Positions 50,146-63,894 of a stretch of DNA of 64,000 nt are shown here, in pieces. The notes under the pieces were generated by a model, which worked only from the letters and a program-made list of their open reading frames with translations, was not told where the DNA came from and did no database searches. Each line of letters starts with the position of its first letter. Within the stretch, counting starts at the first letter, position 1. The translations under genes and the position numbers were made by a program. The stretch is from Octopus sinensis (taxonomy: Eukaryota): the NCBI RefSeq assembly GCF_006345805.1, contig NC_042999.1, positions 95,170,001-95,234,000 on the forward strand, in the 5' to 3' direction.

Positions 50146-50679
50146 TATATATATTATATATATATATATGTGTGTGTGTGTGTGCATATATATATACATA
50201 TATGTATATGTGTATGTATATATATATATATTTACCTCACAAAATATGTCATCTAGGGTCAGTTTGAATGTCAGGTTGCGTTTTTGTGTTTTGCTCATTT
50301 CATCCATGGTTATTTTATTGTTTTATGATTTTATTTAACATATTTCATTATCAGTGTAAAGCATATTATTTGATACGCATATTTATTTTATACTTATTTT
50401 GTTTTTGCTTATTTGTAAGTAAATTTACTGCTTATAAGAGAACTGTTCTTCATTCCAACTCATGCCTTTTCCTGTATGCCACTAGCTACAGACAAATAGC
50501 AGGGTGTATTCTAGTTAAAATAAGTGAAATAGAGATTAAATAGCGAGGTACCTTTTGACAAGTCACCAGATGATTGAATGATGCACCACAACTATTTGTA
50601 CAGAATCTCACCTGCCTGGGATCGAGGCACAATGGGTCAGAACGATTGTAGTGATGAATAAAGAATCTCATGAATTCCA

Positions 50680-50900
50680 TTCTCTTTCCTCTATCTCTCA
50701 TATGTTATAAGTGTCTCCTTAAAATAGTAAAAATGGTTTCTAAAAAGGACAATAGTTATTCAAATATATTTTCCAATAAAACCATAAGAGTGGGATATTC
50801 AACATTGAGAAATGTAGGCATTATCATTTCCTCTATAAATAATAAGAAATTAAATAATTATTATTATAGCATAATAAATAATAGCTCTAGCCATAATATA
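50680..50900 (+). mobile_element. Penelope-like linker-region fragment
   Basis: KCLLKIV...NIFSNKTIRVGYSTLRNVGIIISSINNKKL resembles PLE KIFNRNT.K.SYSC..N...IISSHNKK. Confidence 0.7.
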
Positions 50901-51369
50901 ACTGATAGTGATATAAGACTTAATCAACATATAGAAAAAGTTCATGTTGTGATAAGACTAAACATAAGCTTTCTAATATTTGTAATATAGATAATGTAAT
51001 TTTTTTATGGTTTTAAGCTGTAAGGCAACAAAAATCATTTATTAGCAAGAAAATAATGTTTTCTTCCTTGAATAAAAAGCAATCTGTTTTCTTTTCATTA
51101 AAAAAATAATTAAGCATGCCTTTATTTCAATAAGACTTTTGGTTTTGTTAAACAAAGTTAAGGCAAAAAAAAACTTCTTGAGAAACCAAAAAGTCTTTCC
51201 TTCCTTCATGCCAAGTTTGAAGGAAATATCTCTTTTGCATCTTATATTTTTTGGTCTCTTAAATATACTGCATTTTGTGGCATTATTTCAAGCCCGCCGG
51301 CTTTTTTTGTGGAAACTGCACGTGCATTTCTCTCAGGTATGCATAGTATCAATCATAACAGCTGATGTA

Positions 51370-51570
51370 CTTGTGTGTACAAATGCCCGTTCCCACGGCT
51401 TTATTGAGCCCATTCTCACATGGAATCGATTTTTGTAATTTTTTCAAGACTTATACATGCCCTGATACTGTCGGTATCTACATATCAAATTTGAGCACAA
51501 TTGGATGGAGGATGCCCGAGATCCTAGAAGACACACAGACAGACAGACAGAACAGATTTTATATAATAGA
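51370..51570 (-). mobile_element. Non-autonomous Helitron-like element
   Basis: Minus-strand A|TCTATTATATAAAA start with (CTGT)n, 3' hairpin ccgt-ggga-acgg and a CAAG|T end (one mismatch to CTAG). Confidence 0.6.
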
Positions 51571-52285
51571 TATACATACATACATACGGTGCAGTCAGCT
51601 GAAAATTCTGTGTACCAGATGTGATCATGATAGAATGCACTCCATTTCAGAGCCTTTGTCTCAATGGCTTTACAGTACACCAGCAAGTGTAAAATAGTAA
51701 TAGTAAATTATTAATATTATTTTCAGATGTCATATGTATGAAATTTTCTAATTTATATAATAAATATTTTACAATTTGTAAGAGGTGAATTATAAAGTTG
51801 GCTATGTTTGATGCATCCCATTCTCATGAGACTGATACTAACTAATGTCTGTTTTGAACATTTGTAAAGCAGTTAGGACTAGGGGAGGGTAAATTCCAGA
51901 AAACTGCAGTCTTTGATATAATGGAGTTTGTTAGGAGCCACACCACTGGAGACTACAATGAAATCTGACAGGAAACTTCTGATGAGAAAAGATGTACCTG
52001 TTGGTGAGTAACTTAGGTAGGAAGTTCATATGTCAGATGTGCTTGATGGCTTTGAACATGTCAGGAGTAATAACTCTACATCCACTAAAGTTTTCAATGG
52101 TTACACATTTGGAAGCCAGTCTCTGATATATCTACTTTATAGAAACTATATTAGTTATCAGCAAGGAGTATAAGAGACTCAAATCAAGGAAGTGGTTGTT
52201 TATAATTCTTTCCATCATTTTCATGTCTTCAAGTTGTTGGAATCTATATCAGAAAACCTCAACTAATACTGATCATAAGCAGAAT

Positions 52286-52321
<36 letters not shown>

Positions 52322-52739
52322 GATCCCCTGGGTCAAACATGCTCATTATTCAAATGACCTCATTAATCACATGATCAATGCAAAATGCTATATTAGCAAG
52401 CCCAACCATACTCTCATTCTTTTTATCCTCTAATATTACCAGGAATGGTTATTTGTATTAAAAGTTATCCCAGATTTCAAGGTGCTAAATAACTGAGACA
52501 CACAACTTCCTTTTGGTCTGAGGTTTGACAGTTACAAGTTTTACTTATGAGAAGATACTCAATCAGGCATAGTAAAAATAACAAACTACAAAGTAATTAT
52601 GTGATGCCGATACTACTTATAGTGATAAACAGTATATCACTGAGACACTTACTTACAACTGTACACCACAATAGTGAAGATTATATGTTTGCTAAATGTA
52701 CAATTCAGCTTCAGTGTTAATGCACAGATTAACACTGCT

Positions 52740-53018
52740 GATGCAAACAGTTGTAATGCTGATCAATAGGTACCATCTTATAAGAAAAGTTTTACTTGGG
52801 GAAGAAAAATCCTGCTTAAAATAGTAACAATAATGATGATCCACAACAGATTGTGTTGTAGAGTTGCAATTGAAGATCCCTGCACACCACCACCAGGAGC
52901 AGAGATAGCTATCCACAAGTGTCAGCCCTCTGAGTCAGAGTGGCTGTTCCAGCACATCTCCCTTGCCATCTTTCAGGGCAGCACCTTCTCCATTTTGTCT
53001 GCTGTGACCATGATATAG
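52740..53018 (+). mobile_element. Decayed C-terminus of a CRE-like non-LTR element (restriction-like endonuclease region)
   Basis: PSYKKSFTW, RVAIE and SESEWLFQHISLAIFQGSTFSIL parallel PW..GK.L.WD, P.A.ET.G and E..WL.QR.S.AI.RGNA.SIL. Confidence 0.6.
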
Positions 53019-56000
53019 TTTGACAAGCCTTTTTAAATTTTTCTCTCCCGTGAGGTTATGCTTGTATTCACCAATTTAATTGATTTGTTTGCACATTTAC
53101 TCATGTTTAGACAGTTGAAGATATTGTCATGGCTACAATGATGTTTGATCTTACATCAGTCTGTTCAATCAGGACTGACCTGGGATTAAACAGACAAGTT
53201 TTGGTCGCCAAGTTTCAGAGTGTTGGAAATCACTGCCATGCAAAGCACATTCTCATCTTTCAGCATTTAACAATTGTTTTAACAACTTCTTACGCAACCA
53301 AACTGAAGATGATATGTTTTATACTTCTTCCACCTGAGGAATTCAGGTCAATATTGCAGTATTGTTTCTAAAAATCATCATTAGCTTTAGAGTGCTTTCA
53401 CTGTTATTAGTAGCAAGCTGTACCATAGTGATGTGCTTTTTATACATAAAGGAATGAGCTATTGAGTGCTGTATGTCTTAAATATGAAGACCATTATCAT
53501 AATATGGATTATTAACCTTTTTGTTGGCTGTCTACCACCAAGTATAGATTTTTAAATGAGTAGATTATCATGCACATGTTTTAATAGATGTAAATAAATT
53601 TTAATATTAAATATTGTCTATAAATTGATGGTAATGTTATATGCATGTATACACTATGAAAACTTTCCAGACTCAAGGATAGTTCTAATTGTTCCATATT
53701 TCAGTTGCAATTCTCTGATAGGTGAATTACATGAAATTGTACCAAACAAACTATGATTAAATAGTATTTCCTCCCCAATACTACATTTAACCTTCTCCCC
53801 CAGACCATAATCTAATTTTCTATTACTATACTGACAGACGTACACTAATCATTATTTTTGCTCAGCTTTTCATTGTTTTTTTCCTCTTTCTTTTCCCTCC
53901 TGTTTCCAATTTTGATAACAAAATACGGAACCATTGAAATTTCCCATGATATTTCTTTAAATCATGATAAATTTGTAGAAATTTTTTTAGCCATTTATTT
54001 GATGTATCTTGTAGTTTTAAATCTTGACATATTACATTAACTCAAAATACAGATTGCTGAATAAAATTGTTCCAGTTTTTACATCTTTGTTATTGACAAT
54101 TTCTGACATTTTTTTCTGCTGGAAAACTAAGTTATTTGTTAACAATCAAGAATCATTTTTTTTTTTCAGTCTATTCCAATGGCTTTCAAGTCTTAAAAAC
54201 CATATCCTCAATGCTGTTAGAATGACATTTCTATCAATGCAGAATAAATAGATGAGAAACTTCAATAAATAATATTAATAATAATAATAATAATAATATA
54301 ATGATGCTGATGATGTTGATGATTTCTTGCGTGATGATTATGAGGTTAAATCATGCTAACAATAACAAAAGGAATTTCATGCATTGATGCAAGGCTTTAC
54401 ATTTATAGTGGAGAAATACAATCAGTGACTTCCAGTACTCGAGTAATAATTATTTTAGTAATACTAGAAAGATTAAAGGAAAATTCCCACACACAGACCC
54501 TCCCCCACCACCATCAAGCAGGATTTGAACTCAGAACATAGAAGAATGTAAGCAAGTATTTATTTTCCAGAAATCCTGCTATTCACCACTTTACACAAAT
54601 AATATTGATGATCTGTTGTTTATTAAACATGTGTTATACAATAGAGTTAAAAAACATGTGGGAATATACATACACATATCAAATGATAGTGGTGGGGCTA
54701 CAAAATATAATGCAATATCTTGAAAGAGGTTACAAATTTAACAAACATAATAACTAAACAACTTACGCACAAAGAGGTGGAAACCTTCCACTGAGACACC
54801 TAGATAGATTCAGGATTATCTTAAGATTCTAATCATCTTCAATTCTAATCACCTTCAGTAAACTGAATTCTTTGAAAGTGCCTATGAACAACTTCAGCCT
54901 TAGTCAAGACATGCACAGTTCAGCTTTCTTTGGGTAATCATCTCTTACCTGTTTACATCATGTATTTGTACATGTTTGAGTATATGTACATACATGTATG
55001 TATATAGTCATTTACATGTAGGTGCATAGGTATATTTTGTTTGTGTGTGTATCTGTATATGAAAGACAAATTCTTTATATCTAGGTATATGTGTTTGTTT
55101 AGATACTTGTTTGTATATCTATATAAATGTCCCTGTATAAAGATATATGTGCAAGTACTGCTCTGTGTGCTTGTATGTATAAGCTTGCATACGCAGGCAC
55201 GCTGTGAGTTTGAGAAGGCACATGGTCAAGAGAGATAAAACTTTGTCTGAACATGAAAGATTCTACTGAGGTTTTCTATTGTTTTAGTTTTTGCTTATGT
55301 GGTGGCCAATTATTGCAACACCCATAATATACTAGAAATCACTGCAATTCATTTGCTAAAAGAAAAATTCAGGATGCTGATGTATTAATTGTTATTGTTC
55401 AAATGTTTTTTTTCTTTTATCCTTAAACATGTCAACGAAGAAATAAAACTATTGGAGGCAGGCTTGAAAATAGTGAACCTTACAGTTTAGACACAAGGAG
55501 AGATGCACTGTTCTAAACCTAATCAATCTTGTGAAGAAAGTAAAACAAATATCCACAGAAATATCTCTGATTTCTGCTATTATGGCTTTAACTTAACCAA
55601 TCTCTCCTGAGCCTTCAGCTCTCACCCATGACCTAGCTGTCATTATTTATAACAAATATTTCATATCCAGTTATCTGATAAGAACAGGGCTAAAATATTA
55701 AATCAGAAAATTGCTCTGAAGTGAGTCTCAGAAATGAGATGACACATGTTCAAGGGAATCAATAATGAAGGTGCTACTGTTAATGAAGATAATCATGGTA
55801 GTGGGGGAATGTTAGTGGTGATGATAATATTTAACTGACCTATGGACAAATTCTTTCCAGCTTTAACTACTATCTCCTATTCAGACAAAATATATTGAAG
55901 ACTACATTATCCAAAATATTCTGGTTTCAAGATGATAGGCTCTGGTTTCAGAGATTTGACTATTATTTATAGCAGGTTGCATAACCACATAGAGACTCTC

Positions 56001-57289
56001 TCATGATATAATCTTCACTACTGCTCAACATCCCATTGAACTCAAGCATCAAGCATACATTCTTAAGACAATGATTGATAGAACCTATCACCATTTTGAT
56101 CTGGTAGTGAGTGACAATCAGAGCTATAAAAAGTCAACACTTGAACACAAATATGCATACACGTACATACATACACACGCACGCACGCACACACACACAC
56201 ACACACACATGCACACAGAATCAAGCTCCTCCATTCAAGCATTCTCATCCCACTCATCTCTCTTCCTTCTATCATCCAGGCCCTACTCTAATCATTATAC
56301 CCATTCCTTACTTTCCATAATATCAGCCCACTGGAATTCCCAGCTTGTTTACAAAGGGAACATTATTGGCATTATTCGTGCTAGTCTAGGAGGGTATGCA
56401 AATGCTGTGGATACTCCACCTTACTCCTGACCCAACAAATGAAAAATTCATACATTATCTATCAACTAATTCTACCCATTAAGATATCGGTTGACCAGTG
56501 TTGTAGCAGAAGACACTTGCTCAAGGTGCTGCACTGTGTAACTGAATCCATACTCATGTGGTTGCAAAGAGAACTATCTGATCATACAGCCATATCTGTA
56601 CCTACACACACACATTATGATTGACACTGATTAGAAATTAGGTGATAAAGTATACAAAATACCTGCTTTTACACAGGTATGGATTGGATGAGTTTGCAAA
56701 TTATTATTCAGAAAAAATTTAATCTAAATATGCAAACATATTTAGTAATGTTTAATCACTGCTGCCATTCTACTCTATGTCAGTAGTTTTAGCAATAACT
56801 TGTACTCACTATAATTTATTGATGGAAGAGATGATAAATCTGTGGAATTATCTTTGTGTGACATTCGAGGTATCGATTTCATAAATGTTAAATTTAGATA
56901 CATTTAGTCAATGGAGCTAGAATATTCCCTTGGAACAAAAATACATACTGATATATAGAAATACTGTTACGTTATCCTTTGTTAATAAAGACAAAGCAAC
57001 TGGATAATTATTTACAGAGCTAATGTTAAATGTTATATGGAACTAAAAATATAAGTAAAGATCTATGTCATTTTTATTTTGTTCAATCTGTTTCTGCTGC
57101 AACTAGCAAGAATATTTGGAATAAGTTCACTGAATTTAATGTCATGTCCTGAAATATCTGAAGTTATTATATGAAGCCTAATGGCTATATGATTAAAGTA
57201 TTTTTCTGCTGACCAAATGGTTAGAGTTCAGATCTCACTATTACTACTTGCTGTGCACCTGATTGAAGTATCTAAATGTACTGGTTCCC

Positions 57290-57540
57290 ATTTGTCTAAC
57301 TCTTTAAAACAAAGGGATAAAGGGATAAAGCTCTTTCCCAAGTCATATACATGCATACAGCTAGTTTTCTGATTCTGTGGCATATATGCTCCCTTCCCAG
57401 ATGGGTTGCCTGTGCATTGCAGGATTATTCAATTTTACTGAGTGGACTGGAGCAACACATCACCTGGTTCAGGTATCAAGACCATAATCTTACAATCATG
57501 ATCACAACACCCTAATCAGTAAGCCACATGCCTCCACGTT
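57290..57540 (-). mobile_element. Old tRNA-derived SINE (third family); another copy at ~60440-60655
   Basis: Minus-strand head tggaggcatgtggcttactgattagggtgttg.. and ttgctccagtccactcag core. Similar layout at 60440-60655. Confidence 0.55.
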
Positions 57541-58413
57541 AAAACACAGGATTTACTCTTATTTCACATTCAAGCAGTAACAATGTAATCCAACTGTTAT
57601 GACAATAATTAAGCTTTCCAGAACCCAACACTCCACAATGACCAACATATACATTACAGTATATGCATTCAACATGATAACTATATATGCTTCCAAACAT
57701 TATAGCCCATAAAGCAACATAAATACAACTCTCATTCACAACCATATATAAAAGCGGTGGTAACTACAAAGGTCCATCTGTCCATTCATTCTGTACTTAC
57801 ATAACCCTTCCAGATTTCCTTAAAACAATTATGCAAACACACATGCATTCACATAATTTAACCATTCCCCAGATATAACTGCTCTAACAAGGAAGCCTGT
57901 ATGTGATAACTCAACCTGCCAAAAATAGTAGCCAAATTTTGATCAACCTGATCAAATTTTGATACTGCTATCTTCCAAAAAGCCACATAAGTTAAGGTAA
58001 TCTAGGATAAACAATTTCTGTAATAAAGCAAAATAGTCAGAGTTTGAATGTCTTAGTCATGGGACTAATAAATCAAGGATGAATTTGTATTAACCAACAA
58101 CTTCTTTAACCTTATATCAAATGTATGACTTTAAAAAAAATACTGGCTGAATGTAGCCACTTACTAAATCCACCATTTTTCTCTTACTAGAAATACCAAA
58201 GACATCACCTACACTTGCATAACAAAATAAAAATACTGAAAATGCATGATTACCTGGATCTACAAAGAGTACTGATTGTAATTGCAACAAGCCTCAATCA
58301 CTATGCTGAGATACACAACACAAATAATCCATGCAGAGGTGCAGCAGTTGCCACTTTCTGATGAAACTCCTCATTTTCTATGCCTCTGCTGTTGCTACCA
58401 CCAGTACCTATAA

Positions 58414-58586
58414 GCTAGGGTAAATGGCACCCAAGGCAAGCCTCAAAATTGCACCCCCACCCAGGCAAAAAGTGAAAACTCTCATAGAAATGACATAATT
58501 AGAAAATGATCTTGGTCAAAATTATGCCCCCCTCAAAGTGCTGCCCAGGGCATGTGCCTTGTCTGCTCCACCCTAGCTATGCCCCT
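58414..58586. mobile_element. hAT-type MITE with clipped left TIR
   Basis: 8-bp TSD acctataa (58406-58413 and 58587-58594). The right end is ccctagctatgcccct; the left end has only gctagggt. Confidence 0.65.
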
Positions 58587-61304
58587 ACCTATAAGCATAC
58601 AGAAACTGACGGGACAATGAAGACAATGAATGTCTAGACTGTAACATTGCACTTCCATACAATTAACCTCTACATGACATAATGGGAAGTATTTCTCCCA
58701 CTTGTATAGATATATGGTAGATATGATTAGCTGATTACATATGCCTTAGGTTTGACCAGATAAAAACAGCATTATTTTAAGGATATATATTCTTCATGCA
58801 AGCATGCAAAAAAAGACATAAAACAACACCAAAATATTTGTGCTTAAAAATTGATAAAATGTTTTCATTTCCACCACGTCCATCATCATCCTCATTACTA
58901 CTACTGCTGTTACCAACCACCAGAGACATCAGTATTGTTATCATTCAAATGTTTATATTTTTTATGGTTAAGTTAGTTCAAGGATTTTAAAATATTGCAT
59001 CTCATCTTATCAGTAAAAGTTAGTGTTCCCAGATCTAAAGACTTCTTTCTGGGTTTTCCTTTTGTTTATCTATATTTTAACTACATTCAACCATAAATTC
59101 TCAACACATTTTCATGCAATTGCATCATCTATTCACACTACATATCCATACTGATGAAAGGTCTCTCTCTCATTCTCTCTCTCTTGCATACACTGATTGA
59201 TGCTTCTGATACTCAACTACTTTTTCAAATGCTTTAAATCAATCTTTTAAGTTAACATCACACATTTAAGACATGATACTAGATGAATTCATTTCACATA
59301 CTTCTAGCTTTTACATTTATAGTCCATGTTTTACAGGGAAACATTAATTACATTTCTTGAACAAACTTCATATGATTTACTTTTTGCATGGGAAGAAATA
59401 CCTTTTGTTTTGTTATCGTTGAATAGCTGTGATGCCTTCTGCTTGAACAGGTCTGTAGCATAGAAGAAGCCAACTAAATGATTAAGATCAACCTAGAAGT
59501 CCAGAATCTAGAGATAAGTAAATATAAGATGTTCTGTATATCAATGAGGGCAGAACTTCAGTATTTAACCAACATTGTAAACATAGCAGCCTTGTTTTTA
59601 TTGTTGGGTGGGTTGTCATGAAATTTTATAACTTAAAATAGGAAGCTTATTTTTAAAGATAATAGGGTGTTTGTTAAGGAAGTGTTAGCTGCTACCCTGA
59701 GATTATCAAAAAATAGATACACAATCCATTGCAAAGTTATAGAAAAGAATTTGTTGCCATGAAGTCGGAGTTCTCAAAATTTCAATTATATTTGATTATA
59801 TCAATTGAATAGTTTTTTAATGTCTGAGGTATTACTTAATTAATTGAAAATTCATATCAGAACATTTTCGTGACAATAATTAGTTAGTATGTTAAATACT
59901 AACATACAAGATATTATTAGAAATACTAAATTTACATGAAGTCTTTAAATCTGTGTTAGATCTAACTTGGAAATATTGTCGAACTGTCAGTTTAATTGAA
60001 TCTTCAGTTGTCAAGTGCAATAATACATCTTACTCTTCAGCTGAAACTAATATTTGGTTCTTCAAATATGTATTGGAAAGCATGAATTTCCATTATATGA
60101 CTATCTGTCATTTTATATATATTTAGTATTATTTTGAAATTGTCTGGCTGGTGTATCAACGAATCTAGTATAAAACATTCCTTCTGTGTTCTGGGTTCAA
60201 GTCACATCTACTTAATTTAAACATTTGAGTTTGTTGTTGTGTAGCCTTACATTAGCTCAAAGTGACCTGAGTTATGGTACATAATTTGACTGTAAAATTG
60301 AAAAGTTCAACCCACAGATTTATTGATCCATGTATATGTGTGCATGTATATGAATATCACTGTATTGACCAAACTCTCAATGTTGTTAAACACTGTTGAT
60401 CACAATGCACTTACATTGTTGTAGCTTTCAAATGATGTCACTCTGTTGCCCAAGCAGACAAGTTTATGGCATCTAAGTAGCTGAAATTATGATATTACTC
60501 CTATACAGAACGCCAGTCTGTTGCAAGGTATCTCACTTGCAGGTAGGTGAACTGATGTGTTTTGTTCAAGAACCCAACACACTGTCCTAACCAGGAACTG
60601 AAACCACAATCTTTCATTTATGAGTGCAGCCCCTAACCACTACACCACATACCTCTATATATATACACACGCACACATTTAATTAGAGGTTAAATTATCC
60701 TCATGAAGGGGCGGTATCATCCAATGAATTACTGGTTCAATACCTAATATTTGTTGTGAATAATAATGTTCATAAAACAATAGGTTTATATATAGATCAG
60801 GATGCTTATACCTGTCTCCTTTCATAAGCTCTTCCTCCCAGCTTTCATAACAATTTTTCTATCGTCTTGGCTTCACAGCCATCACCATTTGTTTTTACTA
60901 TCTTGTTCTCACTGTCCTGTTCTTGTTACCACTTTCACCCTCAAAACATAAGGATAGACAAAATGCCACTAAGCATTTTGCCCAACATGTTGACAATTCT
61001 GCCAACTCACCACTTTTGTTATTGATAATATTAATAGATAATCTAGTGTCAGCTGTTGCCAGCTTAGTGATCTGATAAAGTGTACTCTATAAGATATAAT
61101 GTTACATGCATCAGGATTGAACTAAAAATCGAGCCCTACTGTATGGTCTGTTGTGCATAATTAACAATATTTGGTTTGTAATCTACCAGTCTAAGTTTAT
61201 AATCACAATGACCCTAAACCTTAACCTTTTAATAGACATTTTCATTCATTGATTATTTTAGCTGACAGCTCAATATTCATTTACCTTGCACCTTAACATT
61301 CTTT

Positions 61305-61718
61305 GGATCTTTTTGGTTTGAACGGCAGTTTTTTCTAGCGGTGTCATATGAAATTGTCACCCATAGTTATGACCCTAGTATCGATCTATTGCATTTCAAT
61401 CTGTTTTAGAGTTAGGGTTAGGGTGGGGGAAGAGTATCTTTTTTTCTTCACAAATGTAAATAAACCCAATCTGTTTCTTAAACGAGGGACATATTCATAC
61501 GGCACAGAATGTTTTTTACCTCAATAGACGTCAGTGATTTGTTGAAATTGCCAAAATTGAAGAAAAAAACAACAAATATCTTACAAACTATAGAATTTTC
61601 TCAATAAAGCCAAGAGAAAAAGATGTTTTATAAACACATTCTACCAGTATACGAAGTTTAAAATTTTTTAGTTACCTAGAAATTATGTTAAAAACTGCTG
61701 TTCAAACTGAAAAGATCC
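61305..61718. mobile_element. 414-bp MITE with 29-bp GG-starting TIRs and 8-bp TSD (Merlin-like by termini)
   Basis: ggatctttttggtttgaacggcagttttt / aaaaactgctgttcaaactgaaaagatcc. TSD cattcttt at 61297-61304 and 61719-61726. Internal ttagagTTAGGGTTAGGG. Confidence 0.88.
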
Positions 61719-61729
61719 CATTCTTTTAC

Positions 61730-61900
61730 TATATACCGTTAATTCTTTCAGTGATGTCTTCATATTATATCATGTCTTAACATTCTTTCACCTGATTCAT
61801 TCACATTCCTTTACTGCTCACTTTAAACATTCTTTTACTTAACACCATAACATTCTTTTACTTGATATCTTAAAATTCTTTTACTCGATATCTTTGTGAT
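61730..61900. repeat. Degenerate ~24-bp minisatellite (aacattcttttact...)
   Basis: Several diverged tandem units. The MITE above sits in one of them. Confidence 0.6.
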
Positions 61901-62389
61901 AACTGCTGTGTATCTTCAACAATTCTCCCTTTACAACAATTTCGTAGAAACTTTGTCATTAAATGCATTTTAATTTTGCCTCTCTCTCTGTTTCTGAATC
62001 ACAACTATCCATGGGATCACTGCTTATCTCCAGTTTCCATGAGAGCATGAGAGACAAAAATTTCTTGATCTTATAGCAAATTGTCCTTTATGTGGGGGTT
62101 GGAGATTGAACTCTGCACACTAAGTCAATAAATCCCAATCACAAAGTAATTCAATTGTTTACAGTGGGGAATTATATCACCTTCAGTAACAACTTGTAGC
62201 TCTGGAGATTGTGCTATAGGGAGTAGATGTCTTGGCCATGACAACACAGTACATCTGAATGGGCTTGTCTACTGGTTACTTGATATTCAATTGACTTGGC
62301 TATTGAGACTCATACTAATCCCTTTTTTAAAAGCAGAAAATTCCCATCAACTGATATCACTGAAAATCCCAACCATTTTGCTTTTCTCT

Positions 62390-62611
62390 ATTACCCTTTT
62401 ACTTGTTTCAGTCATTTGACTGCGACCACGCTGGAGCACTGCCTTTAGTCAAGCAAATCGACCCCAGCACTTATTTTTTGTAAGCCTAGTACTTATTCTA
62501 TCAGTCTCTTATGCCGAATCGCTAAGTACGGGGACATAGATGTAAACACACCAGCATCGGTTGTCAAGCGATGTTGGGGGGACAAACACAGACACACAAC
62601 CATATACATAC

Positions 62612-62686
<75 letters not shown>

Positions 62687-62847
62687 TACAACGGCTTCTT
62701 TCAGTTTCCGTCTACAAAATCCATTCACAAGGCTTTGGTCAGCCTGAGGCTATAGAAGAAGACATTTGCCCAAGGGGCCATGCAGTGGGACTGAACCCGG
62801 AACCATGTGGTTGGTAAGCAAGCTACTTACCACACAGCCACTCCTGC
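62390..62847 (-). mobile_element. Full-length CORE-type SINE (same family as 26230-26638)
   Basis: The reverse complement aligns end to end with 26230-26638 and has an expanded (TA)n interior. Confidence 0.9.
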
Positions 62848-63894
62848 ACCTTTTGTAAAGAATTATTAATCCTAACATAAGGTAGTAGGTTTTTGTAGTA
62901 CGGTTGGAATCCACAACCTTATTTCAGTTCATGTCAGAAACTAATTTAATTCAATTACACTGTTACTGACCTTCAGAAAGACATGAAACTCACAAAATTT
63001 CATACAAACATTGCTAGGTATGTATAAGTTACAAATCCATATTTCAGTGTAAATTATAGATATTGAAACACCCTATGTTTCCCTTTAAAAGATTTCTGCA
63101 TTCAAGCTTCTGTAAGAGACTGCTGTGCTGTTTCTAAAGATATTGCTATAGGCCACACTTAGTATAAATGCATGCATACATATGTATATGCATGTATGTA
63201 TGCATATATGTATGTACACATATATGTATGTACGCATGTATATATGTATGTAAATATTCATGTATGTATGTACACATGTATATATGTATGTACGCATGTA
63301 TGGTGGAGGTGTGGTTGATGTAAATATCTGTATGGTTGGGGAAAGTGAAAGAATAAGAGTGATTTAGGAAAGAGTTGTTAAGTGGCAGTACAGAAAGAGA
63401 AGAGATATGCTGTATAACAGACCTGTAGGTAGATCAGAAAATAAGTAGATTATGTACAGGCTGGAAGAGTGAGTGTAAGAGGTTGAGAGAGAGAAAGAGT
63501 GAGAGATGTATAGTGACAGCGATAGTTATCTGAGGTATTGTAGCAGTGGCTATAGTAAGTGGGGATCAAAGATGGGAGGGGAGACCTCCAACAGCAGACA
63601 TGATAGGGTAATGAGAATGACAGCAGATAAGAGAGTGTTAAAAATAATGTAACGGTAGTTCTTTAGGTAATTATAAACAGTTATATTTTCACCAGGAATG
63701 TGTGAATGACTGAGTCTACAGGGTGTTGAGCAAGTGGTTGAGACAGGCGTTGGTAATTTGTTTCACTACCACCAGAACTGTTAAATGTTCAAAGCCAAGA
63801 AACATAGCCCTCAAATATTCAGTTCACTAGCTGAGTGATAAAGATCAATAGAGTAAGTGGTAACAGCAACACTATATACTTGGTCAGTGGTTTA

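Noticed and set aside
59399-59489. Minus-strand 91-nt exon (VDLNHLVGFFYATDLFKQKASQLFNDNKTK)
   Set aside because: It needs the weaker of two acceptors and a weak gtattt donor, and the peptide is not recognisable.
61406-61423. Interstitial telomere or chromosome-fusion scar
   Set aside because: Only 2-3 units, enclosed within a MITE that has TIRs and a TSD.
3905-63297. Dozens of Y/I/C/V/H/T/R/E-rich ORFs in the track
   Set aside because: They are translations of (TA)n, (CA)n, (TACA)n and (GA)n microsatellites, which lack stops in several frames.
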